NCBI GenBank assembly: GCA_050084985.1
Contig: JBITNC010000002.1
Location: 16,678,001 to 16,742,000, forward strand
DNA length: 64,000 nucleotides
Reading direction: 5' to 3'
Origin: Nageia nagi
Taxonomy: Eukaryota; Plantae; Pinophyta
Part shown: piece after piece, positions 36,755 to 50,292 of the stretch
Layout: every line of letters begins with the position of its first letter
Position numbering within the stretch: the stretch's first letter is position 1
Notes under the pieces: model-generated
Told to the model about the DNA's origin: nothing
Databases searched by the model: none
What the model saw: the letters and a program-made list of their open reading frames with translations, nothing else
Program-made: the position numbers and the translations under genes

Positions 36755-38621
36755 TTTGAATGAAAAAGGCTTTTATATTACTAAAATATTTTCCATACAA
36801 AAGAGGGTGGATGGGATTGAGCATATCCTTTGGAACACGACAACACCAAACTAACTACTTAGTAGTTAGGAATAGAGTACAAAATACATCTTATCAAAAA
36901 GATCTCGCCAAAATATACAAATGACCACCAACTAACCACCAAAAATCACAACAAAACTAAAGTCACAGTCCTCAAAGTGTAACAACCAATAGAATAAAAT
37001 ACCGCATAAATCATGAGAAGGCAAAAGGCAAAAATTATCAACAAATTGCATATATTCCCAACCATCACCCTCAAAAATAACAACATTCCATCCATCATTG
37101 TAATTACTTCTACTAGCATTGGCACACATATCAATATCAAATTAACAAGATGAGGGGAGGGATTTGAAACATCTTCCCATGTTGTAATTGGAGCAAAAAG
37201 TTTTGATCGAACATCCCATCCACTTTGAGATCGAGAAGTAGCGAGCTCTCTAGACTATATGCATTTAGGGTTAGGCGGAGGTTGCGATTGATAAGGTGAA
37301 TTCGTAGGAGTGATACCAACATACATATGTTACAATGGAGCAGGAGTACAACTATGTGATCAACATCTGGGAGATCAACAAGATCATTCTTGATGAGGAG
37401 AAAACTCATCAGGCAAGATACAACTAATAATGCAAGGAGAATTCCCCCAATGGTTAAGCAAATTACATAAGTATTGAACCTCCAAGTGACTTTCTACACC
37501 TAGACCATAATATGCAACCATCAATTATAAAAAATAGCATATTTATCAGCAAGAGAAAAGGTGGTCGAGGGGTATTCTCGATCAAACATAATATTATTTC
37601 TTATTGTCTATAGATGGTAGAGAATATTGATTCTGAAAATATATCAAACTTTGCCTAAGGGCTCTATAAATTAAAGAAGATCTCCAAGAATAGTATGAAG
37701 CCAAGAGCAACGAAAGACTAAGGAAGCATTAAAAAATGATAGAATTTAATACCAAGCCTACTAAGCCTTAGCATATAAACAAAAAACATGGGGGAAATCT
37801 TCACACTCTTGACAATAAGGATAAGTAGGATTAACCACACCCAAATACATATGTCTATGACCAATAAGAAGATCTTGATGCAAAAGACTTTAGATAAAAA
37901 ACTCTTCTTAGGTTCAATATACTTAGCCAAAATAAGGAATTTGAATATTTCTCCATTTTGAATCCATTTGCAAGGAAATTGAACAAGCTAGTCAAGGATG
38001 GGATGCATATATTATCTGTAGCAAGGATGTTTTTACCACTGAATGATGGACCGAGAGGCAAGACAAAAAGTGTCCAAGCATTGCAAAGCAATTTTAATAG
38101 ATTGCTCAGCCATCAATACCAAAGGCTTTAGCATTAGCCATATGAGAAAGAGCAATCTTCAAATCATCCAAGGAGAGAGGTGTGTCACAAAAATCCCTCT
38201 AAGCTTGGGAGAGCTTATGAGGTATGATGGCATAACAATCCTCCAGGGCTTGTTGATGAATTGGGGAAAGAGGATGGGAAGCAAAGACCTTTTGATAATG
38301 AAAAACAAAGGTGGAGATAATCTTAGGAAGAGAGGTGAGATGAACTCCATCAAATTGAATAGCAATGATTTGATACACATGAATAGGAGTATGGAGGCAT
38401 CTAAATAATTCTTTAGATACTTTATCTCCAATATTAAGCCAATTAAGATAGGTATGAAGCTGAGTACCCTTAGCCTCAAAAAAGCTAGCTTTCCTAATTT
38501 CATAAGGAAGAGCTACCACATGAGCTTGAGAAGGGCCATAAAAAGGATTGGTTTCAAGATTTTGAATGATTCGAGCAAGCTCAAATTTGAGAATCTGATT
38601 AGACTTCAACCTTTGCTTAGC
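36755..38621 (-). mobile_element. 5'-truncated, internally deleted L1-type LINE
   Basis: ORF 38199-38609 has WLNIGDKVSKELF...FVFHYQKVF, followed by PLSLDDLKIALSHMANAKAFGIDG (RT region 0). An IRNNYMF C-terminal motif lies at ~37590, and the 3' end is A-rich on the minus strand. Confidence 0.7.
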
Positions 38622-38960
38622 AAATACAAGAAATTTATGGTAAGTTGGAAAGATTATCTTAGGTGATGAAAGTAGTAGGATATTTTCCTCATATGATATT
38701 TATTCTGCAAAAATGTGGAGAAAGAAGAGAAGGAATATATTCTTCACCACCATAGTGAGAAATTAATATTTTCTTTTGGGATATTAGGTATATCCTCTGG
38801 CACAACCATTCAAGTTATGAAGAACCTTCGATTATGTTGTAACTACTACTCTACAACAAAGTTTCTCTCCAAAATTGATGCATGAGAAATTGTTGTAAGG
38901 GATCCTCACCATTTTCACCACTTCAAGGATGGTTAGTGTTCATGTGGTGATTACTAGTGA
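38622..38960 (+). pseudogene. PPR E+/DYW deaminase domain fragment, copy A
   Basis: EIYGKLERLS*VMKVVGY...HHHSEKL...KNLRLCCNY...RDPHHFHHFKDG*CSCGDY*. Confidence 0.9.
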
Positions 38961-39354
38961 TTGACTAAAGGATGTTTGATGTGGAAATGGAACAAATCTT
39001 TCTCTAGCAAATGATTTATTTTAGCAAAGTCTTTGACAACCATTATCATGTGGTTATAATGTAGGTAGGAAAGGATATGAGGATAATCTCTTTAAAAATT
39101 CATTCAAACCAATTATTAGATTGCAAAACCCTTCAAATCTTATGTAATGCTTTTGAGCTTGGTGTTCTTCTAAGACATAATCCAAATAATTATTAATGTT
39201 AAATTACTTAAGCTATTGATAAGGGATTTCATTCAAACATGTTAACCTTACAATATTAGGATTTTTTTTAATGTTCAATGATTATATTCTCTTTTTCTAC
39301 CATTGTTTCTCAAAATAAATACAAAAAAATGATGAAATATGCATACCTTTTATA

Positions 39355-39610
39355 TGGTAGATAAATCGTTCAATCCAAAAATACAAGATATTTATGGTGA
39401 GTTGGAGAGATTCTCTTAGGTGATGAAAGAAAAAAGATATATTCCTTATACTAGATTTATTATGCAAGATGCCAAGGAGGAAGAGAAGAAATAAATTCTT
39501 CACCACCATAAAGAGAAACTAGCAATTACTGTTGAGCTATTAAGCACATCATCTAGCACAACCACTCGAGTTATCAAGAACCTTCCAGTATATGGTAACT
39601 AGCACTCTAT
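39355..39610 (+). pseudogene. PPR DYW fragment, copy B (3'-truncated)
   Basis: Same unit ~757 bp downstream of copy A; HHHKEKLAI...VIKNL. Confidence 0.85.
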
Positions 39611-39814
39611 AGAAATTTAGAATTATTATTAAATTTGAGCCCATTGACCAGGAGCAAGACGACGCTCCAGGCCGTATTCTTCACGCAAAATCCTAATAAT
39701 AATTGCATAGAAAGGTCCTTGTTACTAGTAATATCTTGTTCGTGGCAACTGGTTATTTGATGTTAGATTTGGTGGTCTTCTTTCTTTTGTCATATGGACA
39801 ATTATGCTGAGAAG

Positions 39815-39952
39815 AAAATTCTTGGCAGGAACAGTTCTTCGGAAGAGGACATCTCCATAAGTTTTTATTCTCCAAGTACGATGACTTTCGAAATGTTTGC
39901 AGCTTTCGTCGGTGGGGTATAATTCATGAATGGTGGTTGTTGACGAAATTTT
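39815..39952 (-). pseudogene. RLP C-terminal cap fragment
   Basis: Minus frame KLQTFRKSSYLENKNLWRCPLPKNCSCQEF, homologous to 33680-33810. Confidence 0.75.
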
Positions 39953-40608
39953 CCACACGGCATAAGAAATGACACCCAGAGAAATGATGAAGTGTAGAAT
40001 GTGGGCCGAGGAAGAGAACATGATTGATCGCGAATCTCTCTCTCGTGGAAATTTCAAGAAGTTGAAATGTGGGCCGAGTAGAGTAGTGAGAATGTCACTA
40101 ACTATTGTAAAGGAAATACATATCACAAAATAAGTGTTAGGGGATTCAAGTAGAAGAATAGATAGAGCATGCAATATGTAAGGGACCATAGGATAAATGT
40201 ACAAAATTACATGTAAAAGAATATATAAATATAGATATTTCTCTTATGAAACGTAATAAAAGAAATATGTGAGTATCATTTAAATTTTGTATTGAGTTCA
40301 CTTGTATTGGGAGATCATCTCTTCAAAGAGACTTACAAAATATGAAGTGAAGTGCTATGTCTTCATAATGTTATTTTATATTTGAATAGAGATATTCTTT
40401 TTATATTTACAAACTATGATATGCCATGTAACTATTCCATTCTTATTAGCTAATTTTTATCTTTGGTATAAGGTTAATATTGGTTGAATAACACATATCA
40501 TTTAGTAGATCTATACACATAGCTTTCCACATATCAATATCCATCCAAATTCCAAATAATGTAAAATAAAGAGTTTTATAGATTATCTACATTTATTTTA
40601 TTACAAGA

Positions 40609-41250
40609 TGTAAGCTGTACAACTGAAAGGAGGGAGTCCACGTTGTGCTCATGTTTAGCACACAATTGGATAGATACAAGTCCTCTAATTTGGTGCTGTT
40701 ATGAAAGAAAGTTTTTAAGATTGCCTGGTTGTGGTTGAAGGAGAGCGAAAGAACTTCCAAAGAGGATGGCAATGTTGAGGATGAAATACTCTCATTGAAT
40801 GCATTAGTGTCAACATACAGGATAGTAAGAGAGTGGAGTCCAACTAATGAAAAAGGAAGTGTTCCACTCAGTTGGTTTGAGCCAACATCTAAGTAGGAGA
40901 GAAGAGAAAGGTTGCCTAAAGTGTATGGAACCTTACCACTCAGTTCATTGTCCCAAAGATAGACTCCCTAACGATGATGGTATGCTTCCACTAAAATGAT
41001 TATGATCAAGGTCAATCTCTATTAAATGAGAAAGATTACCAAGGCATGATGGTATGTTGCCACTAAATGCATTTGTGCTAGAATTCAGGGAAGTGAGGAA
41101 ATGGAGTCCCCCAAATGAAAAAGGAAGTGTCCCACTCGGTTTGTTTGATAAAAAATCTAAAACAAAGAGTAGAGAAAGGTTACCTAAAGTGTATCGAACT
41201 TGATAATCCATTTCTACTCAAGTCCAAGAAGTTGAGAAAATGAAGGAATC
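40609..41250 (-). pseudogene. RLP copy retaining more upstream LRRs, with the 3' part deleted
   Basis: 40611-40795 aligns with 34965-35148 and further LRRs follow (ORF 40945-41211). It is fused directly to a copy (40095-40608) of the downstream flank 32610-33128. Confidence 0.85.
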
Positions 41251-41269
41251 TTTGGTAAGCACAGAATGA

Positions 41270-42679
41270 TTATTATGGAATGCAATAATCATAAGATATG
41301 CATAGAATGAGTATTCTTTTGGGTTGTTAAGCACATACTCTAGCATAAGCATTTGAGTTGTGAAGAAGTTTTATGTGGTGACCAAAGGATGTTTGTTGTG
41401 GAAATAGAAGAAATATTTTTCTTGCAAATGATTTATTTTAGCAAAGTCTTTTACTTCCATAGTCTTGTAGTTGTATTTTAGTCATACAAGGATCCAAGCA
41501 TAATCTCTTTGGAAATTTATTTGAAAAATATAGATTGCAAAAATATTCAAATCTATCTCTTTTTTTGTGGTAGATAGATGACATCCAAAAATACAGAAAA
41601 TTTATGATGAGTTGGAGAGATTTTCTTAGGTGATTAAAGCAGTAAGATATGCTCCTCATACAAGATTTGTTCTACAAGATGTCAAGGAGAAAGAGAAAGA
41701 ACAAATTATTTACCACCACACTGAGAAATTAGCAATTATTTTGGTATGTTAAATACATCCTATAGCACAGCCATTTAAGTTGTGAAGAAACTTCAATTAT
41801 GTGGTAACTACTACTTCGCAACAAAGTTTCTCTTTAAAATTATTGCATAAGAAATTATTGTAAAAGATGTCAACTATTTTTACCACTTCATGTATAAATA
41901 ATGTTCATATAGTGATTACTAGTGATTAACTAAAGGTTGTTCTCTATGGAAATGGAATGAAGCTTTTTATAGCAAAATGATTTATTTTAGAAAAGTCTTT
42001 GACTACCATTATCATGTGGGTGTATTGCACATAGGCAAGGGTTCAAGATAATCTCGTTGGAAATTCATTCAAACTAGTTATTATACAAAAATCTTGAAAT
42101 CTTGAGGGATGCTTTTGAGCATGCGATTTTGCTAGGACATAATCCAAATAATTATTAATGTTAAATTACCTTAGGTATTGATATAGGCTTTCATTGAAAA
42201 CATGTTAACCTTACAAGCTTAAGCCATTTTTTAAAAATGTTAGATGATCATATTCTTTTTTTTTTCTACTATTTTTTTTGAAAACATATGAAAAATGATG
42301 AAAGCTTTATACTTATTTTGTAGTAGATAGATGACATCCAAAAATACAAGAAATTTATGGTAAGTTGGAAAGATTATCTTAACTAATGAAAATTGTAGGA
42401 TATTTTCCTCATATGAGAATTATTTTGCAAGATATCCAGAAAGAAGAGAAGGAACATATTCTTCACCACCATAATGAGAAACTAACCATTTCTTTTGGGA
42501 TATTAAGCATATCCTTTGGCACAACCATTCAATATATAAAGAACCTTTGAGTATGTTGTAACTACCTTTATACAACAAATATTCTCTCCAAAATTAATGC
42601 ATGAGAAATTGTTGTAAGGAATCCCAACTATATTCACCGCTTCTATGATGGATAATGTTCATGTGGTGATTACTAGTGA
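41270..42679 (+). pseudogene. PPR/DYW fragments: a deleted unit (~41270-41380) and copies D (~41568-41925) and E (~42322-42679)
   Basis: WNAIIIRYA motif, HHTEKLAI, HHHNEKL and terminal GATTACTAGTGA; period 754 bp. Confidence 0.85.
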
Positions 42680-43536
42680 TTGACTAAAGGATATTTGGAG
42701 TAGAAATGAAATAAATCTTTCTCTAGCAAATGATTTATTTTAGCAAAATATTTGACTACCATTATGAAATGAAATGAAATATTATTAATGTCTATGTTGG
42801 GCTGAATATGACCCAAGGGACTAAGAAAGTAGAATAGTGAAAACTACAAGTAGGGGGGCAAAATGTTCCCAACCAACTTAAGCAAAAAACAAAAACACAA
42901 AAGAGTGTAAAAATATGTATAGAGACAATAAATCATCCATAAAAGGTATTATATCTTAGTTTCTCTTAACATTGGATGTTGATGAATCAATATTAGAAAA
43001 ATCATTGATCTGGCTCTACCTATCATTAATCTAAAGTCCCAAATATCTATGGATACATTTTTTAGTGACCCTACTAATGTCTAAATGATCTGATGCTTGT
43101 CATTTTTGACTAATATCTATATCACCCGTTGGTCTATTAGAGCTAGTGAAGTAGGATGTGATAAGCTAAGACTATTGAGGATGGGAGACACCTAGATGAG
43201 AGTTCTTTTGCTGATGATATTGGTTTACTTCTCTAATATAAATTCTAAGGCAACATTGGTACTCATGACTGAAAATGGTGGATATAAGGCATGAATCACC
43301 CCTAAATAAGTAGTGGAACCTACCTCAAATCTCATAGTAGATTGGACAACGAAAAATAAATTGGTCTAGAGTTTCTACTTCCCCTAGGGAATAAAACATA
43401 CATATCCATTCCTCTCTTAGAACATAATGATCTTTTTCAACCTGTATTGGATGGGAGCATACTTGAAGTTTCCCAATGGAGACATGTATGCCATGTGTGA
43501 AAGGCTACTAGAGGTATTGAGGAGGCATTATCTAAC

Positions 43537-44703
43537 TGTAATATCCCTATTTCTATGGTATTTTACCCATTTCACCTATGATGAATGGGAACATTAGCTT
43601 AGGTGTGATTTCATCTATTTTTTTAGGTTTTGGCCAAATATTGTAGGTTCTAGTTGGAGACTTAGTTAAATGCTCTAATTATGGAACAATTGTCCTTTTT
43701 ATTTAATTATTGTTTTTAGTTGAATTCCTAAAATGCCAATAATATCATATTAGTGATACCAAGGAAAATATATTTGTAAATGCAATATTAGTCTTCAATA
43801 ATGATGTGTTGCATATTTCTAGCCTTGATGGATGTAATACTGGTATTTAGATGGTCCTCTTGTCATTAATGCTCCCCTCTTTCAGGTAGAGCATCCCCCA
43901 TTTCATTACACAAACTATGAGACATCAAGAGATCCCTAAGCTTGGACATGATACATCTAGAGAGGAATTTGGCATCACAAGATATTATTGAGCTCTCCTC
44001 CTTAGACATTAGGATTGTATGGATCCCAAGACCCCATGTTGGCATTTATGCACCCTAGGATCCCATGTCACACCCCAAGAGGTATTTGGATTCCAATCAT
44101 TGACTCCAATATGCATGGAAAGCCATGCCAACCTAGAATTTCATTTTTAGACCCTTGGATGTGATCTCATCTATCCTGAGGCTCTCCATCTTGGGCATTT
44201 TCAACAAGAGCATACATATCAAATATCTCCATATTAGATTAAAGCAATGCAATATTAGAATATGATCATCCATTTCTATAAAAGGAAGACTCCTAGAAAT
44301 TAAGAGATGTGCTAAATTATTTATTAAATCCCCTTTTATTTGATTAAGTGTGAGAACACTATCTTTGCCATTTGTAGGTACAGGTTTGCATTTGAGATCT
44401 CATAGTGATAGAAGGTGAGCCTTGAGCTTACTCTAGTTATTTTGGAGAGGAACATTATTGGTTTCATCACAAAGGTAGTAGGGAATCCCTAGGCTTGGCC
44501 TTGCTATGGTTGTAATTGGTGAGGCCCTAGTGCCATCCAAAATAACCCTATTAGAGGTAGTCTTGGTGCAATCTCCTTAAGCATAAAAATATATTTATGT
44601 AATTATGTTACTCTCTTGTTCTATCAATAAAATTATATTTTCTATCTTAAATTCACTATTTATCTCCTTATGATTGTTCATTGGATTTGGAAGTGTATTT
44701 ACA
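43537..44703 (+). mobile_element. Possible solo LTR inside a larger insertion (~42770-45140) in the DYW array
   Basis: TGTAATATCCC...TATTTACA ends and TATA CTATAAAAGG near 44276. The DYW unit 3' flank resumes at ~45140. No TSD seen. Confidence 0.4.
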
Positions 44704-45451
44704 TAGTTAAATTCATGTATTCCCTTCCTTATTGCAATGTTGGGTTTTTAGAGATATTTTTGCATGTTTGTAACTACATTGTTATCAAACTAGCTATACA
44801 TTGGGTTGTTTATGCTATTTTGAGTTTATTTGGATAGATTTGGAGATTCAAGATAAACATTCCTCTCCTAGGGTACATTTGAGCATGATCTACTAGTTTG
44901 GGATCACCACATTGACTATCTTGGATATGAAGAAAGTTCTCATAATAAAAGGATAGCTTAGAGGAGGGGGTAATGGAATGTATCCAAGTGCAATGGGTAT
45001 ATTGAAGAATGATATCCTTCTAGATCTCAAGAATTATTTTTTCCTTCTTATTCTATGATGAAACTCCAAGGGAGTAAGGAGGAAGTCTTTCAATATGAAT
45101 TTGAATACTTTTTAAAACTATAGATGCATTATAATTGCTCTTGTGTTTATAATGCATGTAGGAAAGAATTTGAGGATAATCTCTTTGAAAATGCATTCAA
45201 ACCAATTATTAAATTATAGAAACCTTAAAATATTGTATCATTATGTGGTGCTTTTGGCTTTGTTGTTCTTCTAAGACATAATATAAATAATTATTAATGT
45301 TAAATTACTTGAGCTATTGATATGGGATTTCATTCAAACATGTTAATATTGCAATATTAGGACTTTTTTAATTTTAAATGATCATATACTCTTTTGTTGC
45401 CATCATTTTTCAAAAAAATATAAAAAGTGATGAAATATTCATACTTTTTGT

Positions 45452-46030
45452 GATAGACAGGTCAATCATTCTAAAAATACAAGAAATTTATGGTGAGTTA
45501 GAGAGATTCTCTCAGGTGATGAAAGAAATAGGATATATTACTTATACTAGATTTATTCTACAAGATGTTAAGGAGTAAGAGAAGGAATAAATATTTGAAC
45601 ACCATAAAGAGAAACTAGCAATTACTTTTGGGTTGTTAAGCACATTATTTAGCATAACCAATAGAGTTATGAAGAACCTTCGAGTATGTGGTAACTACCA
45701 CTTTACAACAAATTTCCTCTTCAAAATTATTACATGAGAAATTGTTATAATGGAATATGCCAAACATTTTCACCACTTTAAGGATGGAATATAGTGTTGA
45801 TGTGGTGTTTATTAGTAATTTACCAAAGGATGTTTGTTATGAAATGGAATAAATCTTATTCAATTTGGGAACATATAGGAGGCTCATGTATTGTTTGAAA
45901 AAATGAATCAAAGAGATATAATCTCATGGAAGGAAATAATCACAAGACATGAACAACAAGGGCATGGTTCAGACTCTCAAGTGTTTTTCAAAAATGCAAT
46001 TGATTGCTTTCAAACTAGATTTGATAACCA
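45452..46030 (+). pseudogene. PPR DYW copy F followed by a PPR motif fragment
   Basis: EIYGELERFSQVMKEIGY...HHKEKLAITFGLL...KNLRVCGNYH, then LFEKMNQRDIISWKEIITRHEQQGHG (ORF 45891-46076). Confidence 0.85.
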
Positions 46031-46119
46031 TTACAAGTATTTTAGTTGTGTAATAGGTTTTACAACTTTAAAATAGGGCATGGACATTGATGATCAAATA
46101 ACTTTAGGAATTTGACTTA

Positions 46120-47171
46120 AGTACTTAGGATTACTTGGCCCTTGTTGTGCTTTCTATAATGAACCTGAGTCATATATGCACATCTTGTGATCATCCAAAA
46201 GATTTATGTTTGCATGGGAGTAGATATCTTCCTTTTTTGGTCCTTATATGCCTACTATGTTTTCTCAAAAATATGCCCTTTTGGGGGATTCTTTCACCCT
46301 CACTTTTTCTTATAGGATGTGTGGTAGATTTTTTGTACCACTTTTCTTCTTCATATATGGAATTATAAGAACAAAATTATCTTTCAAAACATTACTCCAT
46401 CCATAGAATTTGTTCCATCTAAAAAAATAGATATTTTCTTTGATGTTTGGCTATAGATTATGGATCAAGCATACAAGTTTGAGCTTGATATCTCATACCT
46501 CCATACTCTTCTAGAGTACTATGGCAATGATCCCTATATAATTAGTAGCTTACCTCCCAACAACGCTTCATAGGATCGATCATGCTCCCACTCACATCAG
46601 CGTCCCTCATGATCATAGTGATATACCCACCCTTGAGCTCAAGCATATTCTCCAAGAATTGTATAATGGTAGAAGGGTGAATTCCTCTCATCCTACCAAT
46701 GGATGGGATATGCCATCTCCTGATATGTAGGTTGCACTTTAGAATGTACCACCTATCACTACTCCTTTAGTGCAACGAGGATGGTCTCAGCCTCCTTCTC
46801 CCTCTCATTAAGATATGATATGGGAAGATGGAATGAAAAAAGTAGTTAATCCCTTCTAGGTTAATGATGGCTGGGACCTAAGCCCCATCCCTTCTAATGA
46901 GTTGCAATGTATGGTTACTTCATATGCACCTCCAATGGGCTCCTCACACGATGTGAATTAATGTTTAGTCTTTTCTAGCATAGTGGTTTGGTGTTTTGAT
47001 ATTTTTTATTTACAGCTCTTAACATGACTCTTGGGTTAATTTGGATGTGTTTTTACCTAACCTATGGTTAGAGTTATGTATTACCTTTTTTTGGGTGTGC
47101 CTTCTACCACTGACAAAATCTCTTTTGATGCTAAAAGCTTTTTATTAATTAAAATACCTTTTAATCAAAAA
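46120..47171 (+). mobile_element. 3' end of an L1-type LINE
   Basis: Decayed zf-RVT CCAFYNEPESYMHIL (~46143) and IWNYKNKIIF (~46355). Ends TTTTAATCAAAAA, exactly where similarity to 61521 onward begins. Confidence 0.7.
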
Positions 47172-48079
47172 GAATGTATAAATATAATATTTTATATTAA
47201 TGATTTGTTAAAATAAATTAATTTAGAATTTTTTAAGTATAAATATATTTTACATTATTTATTTTTAGATTTAAATTTTTATTCTTATTTTTATTTTTGA
47301 AATTTATTTATTTTATTGTAAATATTTTTAACACTAGTCCAAAAAAACATGGTATTATTATTTCTTCAATAATATTGAATTATGAAAGTTATATATTTAA
47401 TAGTTTGTTAATGCTAGTTTTCGTTTTGAAGTGTTGGCCAATAAAATGTTACAAATTCATAATAGATGCTTGATATGATAGTAAAATAATAAATTTTGAT
47501 ATTTATGTTTAAATATTTTTTAAAATTTAAATCTTAGAGTTCAATCAATTATTTCTTCATGATTAATTTATTGAAAAGAGAGGATTCAATGGATACCTGA
47601 TGAGTAATTCAAAATTAAATTATTAAAGTTTCAAAATCTTTTGTAATGACATATGAGAGCTCTATAATGAAGTTTGAAAACTAAAGAATGCTTGATAAGG
47701 TGTGATGGTGCCACAATGGTGCATATGTTGAAGGGTTTTATTTCAATATTATGCAAATGATTTATTTGCTGTAAAATTTGATACATGATATATCTTAAAG
47801 GTACCATATAAAATTTAAAATATATAATAATAAAATAATGATGTTATTTTAATATTATGTATGATGTTTTAATTTTAGTATTGGTTGACAGTACTAACCT
47901 AATTTAAGTATACCTCTTATAGTAAGATAAAAAAATGTATGACTTAAATGTTGTTGCACTATGGTTCTATTAATTTGAATTATATATATAATACTAGATA
48001 ATGCTTCAACAACCAATGCATTCTAGTCCAACAAGAAGAAGCTTAATATATATCCTAACATGTTTTACTAAAAGATACT

Positions 48080-49010
48080 ACAATAAAAAAACTAATTGGT
48101 TAGAGGTGATGTTTAGGATATTGACCAAGTTATACAAAAAATTGAAAAACTTTACATGTACGATGATGATAAAAAGAACCAATAGTTGACATGGTTAACT
48201 ATGCTTTGATGATTATTATTGAGTTTCAAAATTCATATTTTGAAGAAGATTGTAGTGATGGTGTTTGAGTGCAAGCTATAAAAGAATAGATTAATTCTAT
48301 TGAATAGAATGAAACTTGGTAGTGAAGCCTAACATTGTATTATAATATCATAGCTTTGCACAACCTTAATAATGAAGCTTAACATTGTATGAGAGGCAAT
48401 CAAACCCTATCAACCTTACAACTTATTACAAATCAATATACATATAATAGTAGATAGGTATTTCTCTGGCATCATTGGATAAAGGCTTAGTAATGAATAA
48501 GATTAATGAAAGATGATTTTTATGCTCATCATAGGGTTGAGTTTTATCTAATTATTGTAATAAACTATGACATTCATATCACTATTAAGGTTTATCTTAT
48601 TCTAAAAAATTAATTGCATATTTCATTATGTTAGACCATCATTTATCTTATACAATGTGGTTATGTCAAATGTGAATTGGTTACAATAAGGTAAAAAATA
48701 TGAAGTGAGTTTCAACCATGTTAAATGCAGTAATCTCATGAAGTGTTAAGTATAGTGATAAGATAATTTATATATTGCAATCCTTATGAAATCTCAAAAA
48801 TTTGTATGAACTTACAAGAGGATTCAACCTAAATAACATTTATCTTTTCATCATAAAGAAAATACATAATATCTAATAGTTTTACCTTACATTATTTGTA
48901 AAGCATTAATTAATTCTAAATGTATTTAATAGCTTAAACCAAAAATATTAAAATCTTTATCCTTAAAGTAAAATAAAATTTTAAAATATCATGTTTACAT
49001 TTAGATAACA
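48080..49010 (+). repeat. Dispersed duplication, paralog at ~59700-60590
   Basis: Collinear shared blocks (TAGGATATTGACCAAGTT...; GGTTGAGTTTTATCTAATTATTGTAATAAACTATG...; ATCCTTAAA). Confidence 0.85.
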
Positions 49011-50292
49011 CAATTTTATATATATATATAACTTAGCTTTATAAAATAGTGTCAATTATAATAAGTCTCACATGATAATGAAAACAGATATGTATGATGA
49101 GAATATGGTCAATATAATCATATGGTAGTTACTTATCATCAATTATTAATACAATATATTGCATAGTAGTATAATCATGATATGTATATAAAAAAAATAG
49201 ATATATATATATTTCAAAAATAGTTAAGATCAACATGAGAAACAACATATATTATGATCATAATTAGTGATCAATATAGTATTATGCTCTAGTTCAAGCT
49301 AAAGATCTAGTGTAATAGACATAATAATATGATTTATACAGCCCCAAGACATATGGAATGGTCAATGTCCATGTAATTCACATAAATATAGAATTCATAT
49401 AAATATACAAAAGAAAGATAAAATATAATATTTGTTGCATCATTAATATTTTATAATATGAAGTTGAAGACTAACTAGGATCAATGTATAATGGTCTTTA
49501 CACATCCCACATTATAACATTTACACAATAATATATGTTAGGAAAATAATGAGCAAGTATAAATCTAATAACATATATGCTAAACGAGGTATATTGACCA
49601 TCTCACTAAGGTAATCCTTTTATGAGTAAAATGTAAGATGGAACCAAGGAGATACAAAGTGTAATATTTATTCAATGATCAACATCCTATGATGTAAAGA
49701 TAAGTTTAACTAGGATCATCACTTAACATTCCTCATAAGTATTCATGTTTATCTTTTACGATGCTTAAACTATTATCAAGGATATGATGAAAGATAGAAT
49801 ATCAAATATCATAGAAATAGAATAAAAATGTTGACAAATATACTTAAATATTAACATCTTCAATTTTAGGTCTTGATCTAGTATGTAATTTTCATCACCA
49901 TAAATCTAGTCATCATGAGAAGACCTTATCACTAGTTGCATGTATCCACTCTTCAACATAATGATATGAATGTATAATAATATCTTTTGCATTTGTGCAA
50001 AAGAAAGGAATTCATATATTTTTTATACATACAATTTATTTTTATGAAATAGAGTTTCAAATTGTACATCTTCTCCCCTTTACCCAAATAGTTATGATAA
50101 ACAAAGGCATAATACAAATAAGAGTTAAAATCTAAATTATCACAACCATTAATATATAGAAAAGCAATGAAGTTTATATACATTCTTAATCATCATTAGC
50201 ATGGATTATAGATAGGAAATTTTATTTGTAAGTTGAATAAATATTTATTTTAATTTAAAATTTATTATAATATTCTAAAATATGTCCTTTGT

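Noticed and set aside
38043-38666. Plus-strand ORFs 38043-38408 and 38454-38666, and minus ORF 38159-38503
   Set aside because: Antisense or alternate-frame shadows of the LINE ORF2 relic.
39725-40204. 159-aa hydrophobic ORF
   Set aside because: It spans duplicated non-coding flank and an out-of-frame RLP fragment, so it is likely a chance frame.
42770-45140. LINE assignment for the insertion in the DYW array
   Set aside because: The left end resembles a reversed LINE tail, but I could not read a convincing ORF1/ORF2 motif, so it is left unclassified.
38622-45818. Functional stand-alone DYW deaminase genes
   Set aside because: Every copy has stops and lacks an intact CxxC and terminal Trp.
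47400-50290. Short ORFs in very AT-rich DNA
   Set aside because: No motifs; consistent with decayed repeats and chance frames.
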